Source: an uncultured Bacteroidota bacterium (GTDB taxonomy: Bacteria; Bacteroidota; Bacteroidia; Flavobacteriales; Flavobacteriaceae). Taken from it: DNA of 64,000 bases. Numbering within the stretch: position 1 is the stretch's first letter; each line of letters starts with the position of its first letter. Below, piece by piece: positions 7,492 through 15,948 of this stretch. Below the pieces are notes generated by a model. The model was not told the origin of the DNA. It searched no databases and saw nothing but the letters and a program-made list of their open reading frames with translations. The stretch spans positions 3,061 to 67,060 of the forward strand of contig CACFJP010000007.1 in the NCBI GenBank assembly GCA_902566635.1, given 5' to 3'. The translations under genes were made by a program, and so were the position numbers.

Positions 7492-10400
7492 ATGAAAAAA
7501 CTAATATTTCTATTCTTAATAACTTGTGGTTACTTAACTGCCCAGGTGACAACATCATCTATCTCTGGCGTAATCGTCGATGACGCTAACATTGAGCTAG
7601 AAGGTGCAAATGTTGTAGCGACGCACATACCCACAGGAACAACCTATGGTGCTGTGACCAACCAAGACGGCCGTTTTAACATGGTAAACATGCGAGTTGG
7701 AGGTCCTTATACAGTTAGCATAAGTTATATTGGGTTCAATCAACAAGACTTTGACAATATATTTCTTACGCTTGGTAAGAGTGAAACCATATCCCTTGCA
7801 ATGACACCTGACTCGCAAGAGTTAAAAGATGTAGTTGTTACAGCTGATGCATCTGACGTTTTTAGCAGCGATCGCACTGGAGCTCGTACAAGTGTTGGAA
7901 GAAGACAGCTTTCGACCCTACCCTCTATAAGTCGTTCGGCTGCAGATTATACACGCCTTGAGCCAACAGCAAGTAATGGTTCGTTTGGTGGTCGTAATGA
8001 TCAATTCAACAACTATTCACTTGACGGGGCAATCTTTAACAACCCCTTTGGATTGGATGCTGCAACTCCTGGTGGCCAAACAGAGGCACAGCCGATTTCG
8101 ATTGATGCCATTGAACAAATTACTGTCTCAACAGCGCCTTACGATGTTACGCAAGCTGGGTTTACAGGAGCTTCAGTGAATGCTGTAACCAAAAGTGGTA
8201 CCAATGAGTTTACAGGAACTGTTTATGGTTTTTACAGAAACGAGGACATGACAGGTTCCAAAATCAAAGGGCAAAGCATCTTTATACCTACACTTCTTCA
8301 ATCGCAGACAGGTGTTAGCGTTGGGGGTCCAATAATCAAAAACAAACTTTTTTTCTTTGCCAATTTTGAGCAAGATACAAGAGAAGATCTTGGCCAATCA
8401 TGGTTGCCTAACAGAGGCACTGGTGGTATCAATGAATCCAGAGTGTTAGAATCCGATTTGATAGCCGTACAATCTGCCTTGTCCGGACTTGGATACAATA
8501 CGGGAGCTTATGAGGGATTTATTCATGAGGCTGGCTCTACAAAAGGAATTGTAAAGCTCGACTGGAATATCAATGACAATCACAGAATGGCATTGATCTA
8601 CAATTTTTTAGATGCTTCAAAAGATAAGCCCGCACACCCAACAGCGCTTGGATTTAGAGGGCCAAATGCTTCGATATTGCAGTTTCAAAATTCAGGATAT
8701 CAAATCAACAACAAATTGAACTCTTATCAGATGGAGCTTAACTCATCACTAAGTGATGCGGTTTCCAATAAACTACAGGTTGGATATAGCCACTTCGATG
8801 ACTTCAGAAATCCAATGTCAAGTCCAGCTCCTGCTATGACTATTCAAGATGGTGCAGGCGCCAACTACATTGTCGTAGGTCATGAGCCATTTTCAATCAA
8901 TAACCAACTCGATCAAAAAGTGATGCAGTTGACTAATAATTTGACCTATGTTAAAGGCGATCACACATACACCCTAGGTTTTTCTTACGAAAAATTTGAG
9001 TTTGATAACTCCTTTAACCTTGGGGTCTATGGCTATAGTGATGACAGGGGGTATGCTGGTGCTTTTGGTGCATTTGGTTCTGTTGGTGATTTTATAGATG
9101 CTGTTAACAATGGTCTCATTGGAGATGCAATTGCTGGAGCACAGTCAACTTTTGATGCAAACAGCTGGTCGCTAGCCGAAACCAACGTCGGACAAATGTC
9201 ATTTTATGTACAAGATGAATGGTTTGTCAATGACAAATTTAAGTTGACCTATGGTGTAAGAATGGACAAGCCATTGTACTTTGATTCAGATGAAAAGGCA
9301 CAGGACGTTATTGACGGCACAGGTGATTATGCACCAGGAACGCCTTATGTAAATCCAAACACTGGTCAGGTACAATTGTTGGATAATACAAAAATGCCTA
9401 CTGACAAATGGGTAATATCTCCTAGAGTAGGCTTTAATTATGATGTGAACGGGGATGATACTACACAATTGCGTGGTGGGTCTGGTCTATTTACTGGACG
9501 TTTCCCATTTGTGTGGCTAGGAAACCAGATTGGTAACCCAAACTGGTGGTTCCACCAAATGGTTGACCCTGATTATCAATTTCCACAAGTTTGGAGAACC
9601 AACTTAGGAATCGATCAAGAGTATGAAAATGGGTTAACTCTTTCACTTGATGTTTCTTACACTAAGGATATCAATGGACCTCAAGTACAAAACTGGGGCT
9701 TCAAAAAGCCTTCAGGTTCTATGGCAGGAGTTGATAATCGTGCAGTATATACTGCTAATGATTTTGTGCAAGTTGATGTTCCATTTCCTGTTGATGCAAG
9801 TGCATATGTTTTCTCTAATTCAGATTTGGGCAGAATATGGAATTACTCCCTAAAACTTGAAAAGACTTTTGACAGCGGGTTGTACACAAGTCTTGCGTAC
9901 AACCATTTAAATGCCAAAGACGTCAACTCTATCGAAGCAGAGATTACTGGTGATGCCTTTGACTTTAATCCAGTTGTTGGTGATGCTAATGCAGAAACAC
10001 TATCTTATTCTAAGTATGGCGACATGCACCGAGTCATTGGTGTTGCAAGTCAGTCTTGGAACTATGGAACCAATGATCGGTGGGGGTCAACCATAACAAC
10101 TTTCTTTGAGTACAAAAGAGGAGGAAGGTATAGCTATACCTATGCAGGTGATATCAACGGGGACGGAAGAGGTGGAAATGACCTCCTTTATGTGCCAACT
10201 ATCTCGCAGGTCATGCAAATGAATTTTGCGAATCCTGCAGATGCCAGTGCATATAACGCCTTTATCGAACAGGACGAGTATTTGAATAGCCGCAGAGGAC
10301 AGTATGCTGAACGTTATGGCGCTCTTAGCCCATGGACGGGTCGTTGGGATGTTCGATTTTTACAGGACTATCGTATCAAAAGAGCTTCTGGAAAAACAAA

Positions 10401-10620
10401 TGTGATTCAGTTTAGCTTGGATATCCTCAACTTTGGTAACCTAATCAGTTCTGATTGGGGTCTTGTACAACAGCCGAACTCAATTCAGCCTGTGAGTGTT
10501 AATGTTACAGGAGACGTTCCGACCTATACATTTGATAGTAACCTTGTCGATTCGTTTGTTTATGACTCAAGCTTACATTCGAGATGGCAAATGCAATTTG
10601 GACTGCGCTATATATTCTAA
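7492..10620 (+). CDS. TonB-dependent receptor with N-terminal carboxypeptidase-regulatory-like domain
   Basis: 1042 aa with signal MKKLIFLFLITCGYLTAQ. CarboxypepD_reg-like start (ISGVIVDD...GANVVATHIPTGTTYGAVTNQDGRFNM), plug-like segment (LPSISRSAADYTRLEP) and C-terminal barrel ending FGLRYIF. Confidence 0.85.
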   Translation: MKKLIFLFLITCGYLTAQVTTSSISGVIVDDANIELEGANVVATHIPTGTTYGAVTNQDGRFNMVNMRVGGPYTVSISYIGFNQQDFDNIFLTLGKSETISLAMTPDSQELKDVVVTADASDVFSSDRTGARTSVGRRQLSTLPSISRSAADYTRLEPTASNGSFGGRNDQFNNYSLDGAIFNNPFGLDAATPGGQTEAQPISIDAIEQITVSTAPYDVTQAGFTGASVNAVTKSGTNEFTGTVYGFYRNEDMTGSKIKGQSIFIPTLLQSQTGVSVGGPIIKNKLFFFANFEQDTREDLGQSWLPNRGTGGINESRVLESDLIAVQSALSGLGYNTGAYEGFIHEAGSTKGIVKLDWNINDNHRMALIYNFLDASKDKPAHPTALGFRGPNASILQFQNSGYQINNKLNSYQMELNSSLSDAVSNKLQVGYSHFDDFRNPMSSPAPAMTIQDGAGANYIVVGHEPFSINNQLDQKVMQLTNNLTYVKGDHTYTLGFSYEKFEFDNSFNLGVYGYSDDRGYAGAFGAFGSVGDFIDAVNNGLIGDAIAGAQSTFDANSWSLAETNVGQMSFYVQDEWFVNDKFKLTYGVRMDKPLYFDSDEKAQDVIDGTGDYAPGTPYVNPNTGQVQLLDNTKMPTDKWVISPRVGFNYDVNGDDTTQLRGGSGLFTGRFPFVWLGNQIGNPNWWFHQMVDPDYQFPQVWRTNLGIDQEYENGLTLSLDVSYTKDINGPQVQNWGFKKPSGSMAGVDNRAVYTANDFVQVDVPFPVDASAYVFSNSDLGRIWNYSLKLEKTFDSGLYTSLAYNHLNAKDVNSIEAEITGDAFDFNPVVGDANAETLSYSKYGDMHRVIGVASQSWNYGTNDRWGSTITTFFEYKRGGRYSYTYAGDINGDGRGGNDLLYVPTISQVMQMNFANPADASAYNAFIEQDEYLNSRRGQYAERYGALSPWTGRWDVRFLQDYRIKRASGKTNVIQFSLDILNFGNLISSDWGLVQQPNSIQPVSVNVTGDVPTYTFDSNLVDSFVYDSSLHSRWQMQFGLRYIF

Positions 10621-10638
10621 TAGCAAATGCTAGCAAAC

Positions 10639-10669
10639 AAAAAAGTCCACAAAATATGGGCTTTTTTTT
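10639..10669. terminator. Weak bidirectional terminator-like hairpin between convergent genes
   Basis: AAAAAAGTCC pairs with GGGCTTTTTT (one G-U pair) around a 9-nt loop, flanked by an A-run and a T-run. It lies between the stops at 10620 (+) and 10681 (-). Confidence 0.3.
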
Positions 10670-10680
10670 GGGGATATCAT

Positions 10681-12312
10681 TTACCGCTTTCTAAACTTTG
10701 TTGAGGCCAGGGTTTTATTTTTGTCGTCAAGAACTGTCAAAACATACAACCCCTTTAAAAGGTGCGACAAATGCAATGGGATTTGATTTGTACCAGAGCA
10801 AAAGTCAACGATCAGTTCTTGAACTACACGCCCCTGTAAATCATGGATTTCTAGTTGTCCACGCATCCACATTGGGCTGCTAAACTGAATCATTGTATCA
10901 TTCACTACTGGATTGGGTGCAACAATGAGCGAAGTGCTGTATATCGACTTTTCATATGGGTTGTTTAGAATTGGACTAGTGATCAAGTTTAATCGATTCT
11001 GATCATAGGCATCAAATTCTGTCTCGATAATGTTCAATGACGATGCGCCAAGAAAGTCTCCTATGATTGCAGCATATACCTGTCGATAGTCATGTTGCAT
11101 TTGGGTATCTAGATCAAAATGCTTGACATTGCCACCCAAAGTAAAAGAATCTAAAGACAAGTGAGTACCTGTAAATCCTGGCTGAACGCCATTTCCAATG
11201 ACAAACATTGGACCGAGGTTTCCGTGGTCTGTTCCTTTATTTGCGTTTTCAATGGGTTTTCTTCCAAATTCTGTAAACGTAGTGGTGACCACATTTTGAT
11301 CAATTCCCAAAGACTCTAAATCATCCTGAAATGCCTTGATGGACTCGCTGAGCTCCAAAAGCAAGTCGGCGTGCTTACCCAAATGGCTGTTGGTTTGGCT
11401 GTCAACCTGATTTGCATGGTTGTCAAATCCATCAATACGCAACAAAAAGAGTTTTGTTTTTGAACCCCCAGAAAGCATTTTTGCCACTGTCTTTAGTTGG
11501 TCAGCAAGATCATATTGAGGGTAGGTTACATTATTTGTACCTGCATTGAAAACAGAGCTAATTCTTGAAGCATATTTGGTTGCTGTAACCTCCATCCCAT
11601 TGATAAAATTGATGTTATCAATATATTCAGAGGATTGACCATCATAATCAGCCAATGGGTTTCCGATGTTGGATAACTGAGAGTAGAATCCAGCAGTATC
11701 CTGTCCTGACAAATTGATATCAACTTTATGTTCAGCATCCGAATGAAATTCGTCTGCAGGTTTTTTATTTCCGAGCTGTATTCCCAATGGATCATCATAT
11801 GTTGTGTAATCAAAAGCAGAATTTAAATACCTCGCCATCCAACCATCAGGTTTGTTGCTATTTGCGTCCGTTCCATCACCACCTCTCGACATCAAGGCCC
11901 TGCCACTGAAGTGAGATTTGTTGAGCTGAGGATATCCTACTCCGTGAACGATATTTAGCTTTCCTTCGTCCCACAGCTCTTTGAAGGCTAATAAATTGGG
12001 ATGTAAAAGTGTTTCCTCCTGCACGCTTAAAGTGGAATCAAGTTCAATTGCTTTATTTGAACCTATATCTTTAACGCGAATCGTTGGTCGAATACTTGCA
12101 TATTTATCATATTGATTTTTGGGTATAATCGAATTCAAACCATCATTCCCACCACTGAGCTGAATCATCACAATACATCTATCCCGAATGACATCTTCTG
12201 AGACATTATCAAGTAGTTTTGTTCGTGTAAAGGCATTGACCATATGACCATTCAACATGAATCCAGCCAAGGAACCAGTTGAGGAGAGTTGAATAAATTT
12301 TCTTCTTTTCAT
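10681..12312 (-). CDS. DUF1501-family protein (alkaline-phosphatase/sulfatase-superfamily fold) with twin-arginine signal and T9SS C-terminal sorting domain
   Basis: N-terminus MKRRKFIQLSSTGSLAGFMLNGHMVNAF has an RRxF Tat-type motif. DUF1501-type blocks are present: QLSGGNDGLNSIIP, DGFDNHANQ, EFGRKP, GTDHGN. The C-terminal ~85 aa (VAPNPVVNDTMIQF...IHDLQGRVV...GLYVLTVL...KFRKR) look like a T9SS type-A CTD. Confidence 0.8.
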   Translation of the reverse strand: MKRRKFIQLSSTGSLAGFMLNGHMVNAFTRTKLLDNVSEDVIRDRCIVMIQLSGGNDGLNSIIPKNQYDKYASIRPTIRVKDIGSNKAIELDSTLSVQEETLLHPNLLAFKELWDEGKLNIVHGVGYPQLNKSHFSGRALMSRGGDGTDANSNKPDGWMARYLNSAFDYTTYDDPLGIQLGNKKPADEFHSDAEHKVDINLSGQDTAGFYSQLSNIGNPLADYDGQSSEYIDNINFINGMEVTATKYASRISSVFNAGTNNVTYPQYDLADQLKTVAKMLSGGSKTKLFLLRIDGFDNHANQVDSQTNSHLGKHADLLLELSESIKAFQDDLESLGIDQNVVTTTFTEFGRKPIENANKGTDHGNLGPMFVIGNGVQPGFTGTHLSLDSFTLGGNVKHFDLDTQMQHDYRQVYAAIIGDFLGASSLNIIETEFDAYDQNRLNLITSPILNNPYEKSIYSTSLIVAPNPVVNDTMIQFSSPMWMRGQLEIHDLQGRVVQELIVDFCSGTNQIPLHLSHLLKGLYVLTVLDDKNKTLASTKFRKR

Positions 12313-12321
12313 ACTTATGGC

Positions 12322-14049
12322 TTAGGTTGTTTGATATTCTTGTGACCAAATTAAGGCTTCAATTAAGGATTCTAAAATACTGTGCACAGTGTTTGATTTT
12401 TTTCCACTGAGGTAATCTGACCAAAGTGAGTTCCAATAATAATATTTCTCATCACCCTCTTGCAAAAGACTCCCATCATCAAATAAAAACGTATCGATAA
12501 AATATTGTTTTCTCTCAATGGTTGGTGTCTCAGGAAACATCATGTCAGTGAGCACGTTTACTATTTCCTCTGGATCTGAAGGATTTGGCACAACTTCTTT
12601 AATAAAGTTACCTGGGTTGAAATCAAAATTTCCTTTAAAGAAAACAATTTTGCAGATGTTATATCTCGGGATAATGGTAGAGGAGTTAAACCAACTTTTA
12701 TCAAAATTGGGCGAGGAATAGTGAGCAGGAAAACCAGCAGGAGGAGTATTTACATCTCCAAAAATTGGCTGGGCACTGATATCCAAGAATTTTTTGATAA
12801 TCGTATTATCGTAAAATACTTTGTAGTGGAGCTCACCTTTAGTAATAGGGTCTGGAACAGGAAAGTTAAGTAATGTAATGGTTTGCAGTAATAGCTCGAG
12901 TGGTGACTTGATTAATCCGCCTATAATTTCATCCGTCGGATCTGTGTCGTCAGCATCATAAAAATGCTTACTTTTTAAGAGTTGAGTAATTACCTCTGTC
13001 AGGTTGTAATTGGTTCTAAATGTTGCTGCTAATGGAACAATTATATCATCTTCGATCTCTTCTGTAATATTTCTAGAAACAAAAAATCGGTATAGCTTTC
13101 TACAGATATACTTTGCCGTTTCGTCTTGTCCCAAGATTTTGTCAATCAGACCTCGTAGCTCAGATTCCATTTGAGCTTTTTTCTCGCTGTCAGTTTTACC
13201 AGTTGTATCAAAAGCATCAATTGGATAATTATCAAAATATTCGCTCAATTGTTTTGCACCAAAATCATGTTCGTCAGGCAATGCATATCCAGTAGGCAAA
13301 TTACCATTTTCAGCTCCATTCAATGGCATACCAGGACGATCGTTTTTATCAAACCTCCACCCTGTCAAAATCCGTGCAACTTCAGGGATATCAATTGTTT
13401 CAGAATAGTTTAAAGGATCGCCATCAAAGGCAACATTGCCATTATCATCTATATATAAGGGTTTGCCTACCCCTATGGTGTAAAGCTCGAGAAGTTCTCG
13501 GGCATAGTTTTCGTTAACTAACCCTTTGGTATTAAGGTCATTGTTTAGAAATTCAAGCATTCTAGGGTTGATAGAAACTTGGAAAATCAGCTCTTTCCAA
13601 TTTGAAAGGCAGAAATGTTCAAGCAGCATCAAATAATCATAGTAATATGAACTTTTACCATTGTCTTTTTGAGGGGCTGTCAGGTTGGTGAACAAAAAAT
13701 AAGTCATTTTTGAGCGCAAAGAAGTGTCTCTTCTTGCTTCATCCATCCACCACCCATCTAGAAAATTGTTTAGTCTCTGGGCACCAGAACTATTATTTTC
13801 ATTGACAGCTCCATAATCAGGGTCATCATTGATCCAAGGAGCTGGTTGGGTTAACCCACCATTGACGTAGTGGATTGGTTGGTTTAGATTTTTGACGCTA
13901 GGAGCAAGCAATTGAGAAATTGCCTGATCTACATTATAAGCAGCAAATTGGTCAATTCTCTGTTGGGAGATATTAAAAGTAGCTCTACGCAACAAATGCT
14001 TTGCTAGTCTCGATCCAAGCGCGCCTTCAAAGGGATTTAATGAAGCCAT
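12322..14049 (-). CDS. DUF1800-family protein
   Basis: 575 aa with DUF1800-like blocks (LLRRATFN near the N-terminus, ARELLELYTIGVG). It sits 9 nt upstream of the DUF1501 gene, the usual pairing for these families. No N-terminal signal peptide is visible. Confidence 0.7.
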   Translation of the reverse strand: MASLNPFEGALGSRLAKHLLRRATFNISQQRIDQFAAYNVDQAISQLLAPSVKNLNQPIHYVNGGLTQPAPWINDDPDYGAVNENNSSGAQRLNNFLDGWWMDEARRDTSLRSKMTYFLFTNLTAPQKDNGKSSYYYDYLMLLEHFCLSNWKELIFQVSINPRMLEFLNNDLNTKGLVNENYARELLELYTIGVGKPLYIDDNGNVAFDGDPLNYSETIDIPEVARILTGWRFDKNDRPGMPLNGAENGNLPTGYALPDEHDFGAKQLSEYFDNYPIDAFDTTGKTDSEKKAQMESELRGLIDKILGQDETAKYICRKLYRFFVSRNITEEIEDDIIVPLAATFRTNYNLTEVITQLLKSKHFYDADDTDPTDEIIGGLIKSPLELLLQTITLLNFPVPDPITKGELHYKVFYDNTIIKKFLDISAQPIFGDVNTPPAGFPAHYSSPNFDKSWFNSSTIIPRYNICKIVFFKGNFDFNPGNFIKEVVPNPSDPEEIVNVLTDMMFPETPTIERKQYFIDTFLFDDGSLLQEGDEKYYYWNSLWSDYLSGKKSNTVHSILESLIEALIWSQEYQTT

Positions 14050-14193
14050 GTTATTAATTTATCGAAATATAAGAAAGAGATTATGTAGGACAAAAATTAA
14101 TTTATTTAAAAATTATCATTTTTGGGAAAATAATTAACACTACAGCAAGATTCAATATAAATTTATACATTTAGATTAAAATAATTTAAAAAA

Positions 14194-15084
14194 ATGAAAA
14201 CACTCATCGAAACCCTTTTTTCTGAAAAATCAAAAAAGATGAGTGAAAGAATCATCATCAATATTGCAATTTTCAGCTTTATTGTTCACCTGATTTTAAT
14301 TTTTCTCAACCAATTTGGTGTCTTTGGAAGTCAATATGAAGGTTCTAGTTTTTTCTCAAGCCCCATCGCTGCGATTTACACACCTTTTTCCTTTATTCTT
14401 CTTTATGAGGTTTATCTATTGATTTATTATTTACCAAAATCAATGACGATTTATATTGGAAAGCAATATGAAATCATCATGCTGATTGTCATTCGCAGAT
14501 TGTATAAAGATTTGTCGCAACTTGAACTGAGTGATAATTGGTTTAGCATCAAAGAAGACCTACAATTTACATACGATTTGTTGGGAACAATCATTCTCTT
14601 CATTTTGATTCATCTGTTTTACAAAATGAATAAATATCGCGTGAGAAAACTGCTAAAGTACACTGAAACAAGGCCTGAAATCATACGTTTTATCCAAATT
14701 AAAAAGAAGATTGCTTTAGTCTTGGTTCCATTGTTTTTTTTAATGGCTCTTTATGCCTTTGGAAATTGGGCTTACATCACTTTTCTAAATCCTTCCGATA
14801 TAACTGACTTGGCAAATATCAACAACCTATTTTTTGACGAGTTCTTCACTGTACTAATCCTTGTTGATGTGCTACTGTTGTTGTTTTCTTTCACACACAC
14901 AGACAAGTTCAATAAAGTGATACGCAACTCAGGGTTTGTGATTTCCACAATATTGGTTAAGCTATCTTTTGGAACTGAGGGGCTATTGAATTCAGTTCTC
15001 ATTGTTACAGCTGTCGGATTTGGGGTATTGATTTTATGGATTCATATGATGTTTGAGAAAAATAAAATCCCTACCAACTATTAA
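14194..15084 (+). CDS. Uncharacterised polytopic membrane protein
   Basis: 296-aa ORF with about six hydrophobic helices (IINIAIFSFIVHLILIFL, IAAIYTPFSFILLYEVYLLIYYL, LLGTIILFILIHLFY, IALVLVPLFFLMALYAF, FFTVLILVDVLLLLFSF, VLIVTAVGFGVLILWIHMMF). I recognise no family. Confidence 0.6.
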   Translation: MKTLIETLFSEKSKKMSERIIINIAIFSFIVHLILIFLNQFGVFGSQYEGSSFFSSPIAAIYTPFSFILLYEVYLLIYYLPKSMTIYIGKQYEIIMLIVIRRLYKDLSQLELSDNWFSIKEDLQFTYDLLGTIILFILIHLFYKMNKYRVRKLLKYTETRPEIIRFIQIKKKIALVLVPLFFLMALYAFGNWAYITFLNPSDITDLANINNLFFDEFFTVLILVDVLLLLFSFTHTDKFNKVIRNSGFVISTILVKLSFGTEGLLNSVLIVTAVGFGVLILWIHMMFEKNKIPTNY

Positions 15085-15275
15085 AAGCCTACACTAGAAT
15101 AGTTTTGTATAAACTCTGAAATAAACAGGTTTGAGGCTACAAAATTGTTCAAGGATCCACTCGACGGCGGCTTGCTTTTGCAACTTAAAATCACCTCTTT
15201 TAATTGAATTAGTGTTGAGTTTATCAAAAATAAAACCAATGCAGGCTATGAATTGTAATCAATGATCTTATGTAG

Positions 15276-15554
15276 CTATGTTAGCGTAGCTAACATTTCA
15301 TCTATATTACGCAATTTTTTTTCAATTTCATCAGTATTTTCACTACTTTTTTTTCCTTCCTGGCGAAGTTGGAGGGCAAGCTGCAAAGCACACATAGCTA
15401 AAACATCTTGCTTGTCTTGTACAGCATAATTTTGCTCATAATGCTTCATCATTTTCTCGATTTGCTTGGCCGAATCTCTCAAAAATGCCTCTTGTCCCTC
15501 TGTAACACTTAGAGGGTAAACTCGATCCCCAATTGAAATTTTAATTTTTTGCAT
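15276..15554 (-). CDS. zapA: Cell division protein ZapA
   Basis: 92 aa. The start MQKIKISIGDRVYPLSV...EAFLRDSAKQIEKMM and a C-terminal coiled coil match the ZapA fold pattern. Confidence 0.75.
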   Translation of the reverse strand: MQKIKISIGDRVYPLSVTEGQEAFLRDSAKQIEKMMKHYEQNYAVQDKQDVLAMCALQLALQLRQEGKKSSENTDEIEKKLRNIDEMLATLT

Positions 15555-15557
15555 TTT

Positions 15558-15851
15558 TTATGATAGTGATAAAAATTCTAAACAAGCATCTATTTCAGCG
15601 ATGAGTTTATCAATTTGTGTTTTGGCTTTGGTGCTACTTTGTCCAACTCCTTTTATCGATTTGGCTGTTTTCGCAGACTCCAATTTCATCCGCAGATCAC
15701 GCATAGTGTTGCTTTTTTGTTCCAACTCTTGTTTCGAAATATCAAGCTGTTCATTCAAATTTTTGTTTTCATTTTGCAAGTTATTTATTTGCTCAACAAC
15801 AACTTGCAATCGGTTGGCAATGGAATCGACAAGTTGGGTCGTGCTTTGCAT
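15558..15851 (-). CDS. Small coiled-coil protein co-transcribed with zapA (ZapB-like by analogy)
   Basis: 97 aa from the ATG at 15851 (MQSTTQLVDS...). Heptad-rich (LQNENKNLNEQLDISKQELEQKSNTMRDLRMKLE). Its stop is 3 nt before the zapA start. The 20 aa before M21 in the ORF track are not needed. Confidence 0.6.
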   Translation of the reverse strand: MQSTTQLVDSIANRLQVVVEQINNLQNENKNLNEQLDISKQELEQKSNTMRDLRMKLESAKTAKSIKGVGQSSTKAKTQIDKLIAEIDACLEFLSLS

Positions 15852-15871
15852 AAAATTTTGTCTATACTCCT

Positions 15872-15879
15872 CAAAGGTA
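15872..15879 (-). promoter_or_regulatory. Bacteroidota -7 box TACCTTTG (TAnnTTTG) for the coiled-coil/zapA operon
   Basis: The plus strand reads CAAAGGTA. There are 20 nt between the box and the ATG at 15851. Confidence 0.35.
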
Positions 15880-15948
15880 AAAGATAAGATCATCCAAAGC
15901 AAGCAATACATACTTTTACTTTTTGTAGTAAACCCTTATTTTTACATC

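Noticed and set aside
15278-15297. An 8-bp hairpin (ATGTTAGC-GTA-GCTAACAT) at the end of zapA that could be a terminator.
   Set aside because: It lies within the last codons of zapA and is not followed by a U-tract on the transcribed (minus) strand. It was left uncalled.
15601-15948. The ORF track extends the M23 peptidase ORF 116 codons upstream (start 15601), fully overlapping the coiled-coil gene on the opposite strand. A second + strand ORF (15615-15887) lies there too.
   Set aside because: The extension is Cys/Phe/Leu-rich antisense translation of a heptad-repeat gene. The ATG at 15949 yields a proper signal peptide (MRGSLGLFVCLISHVLCAQ). The extension is a frame artefact, not a fusion or overlapping gene.
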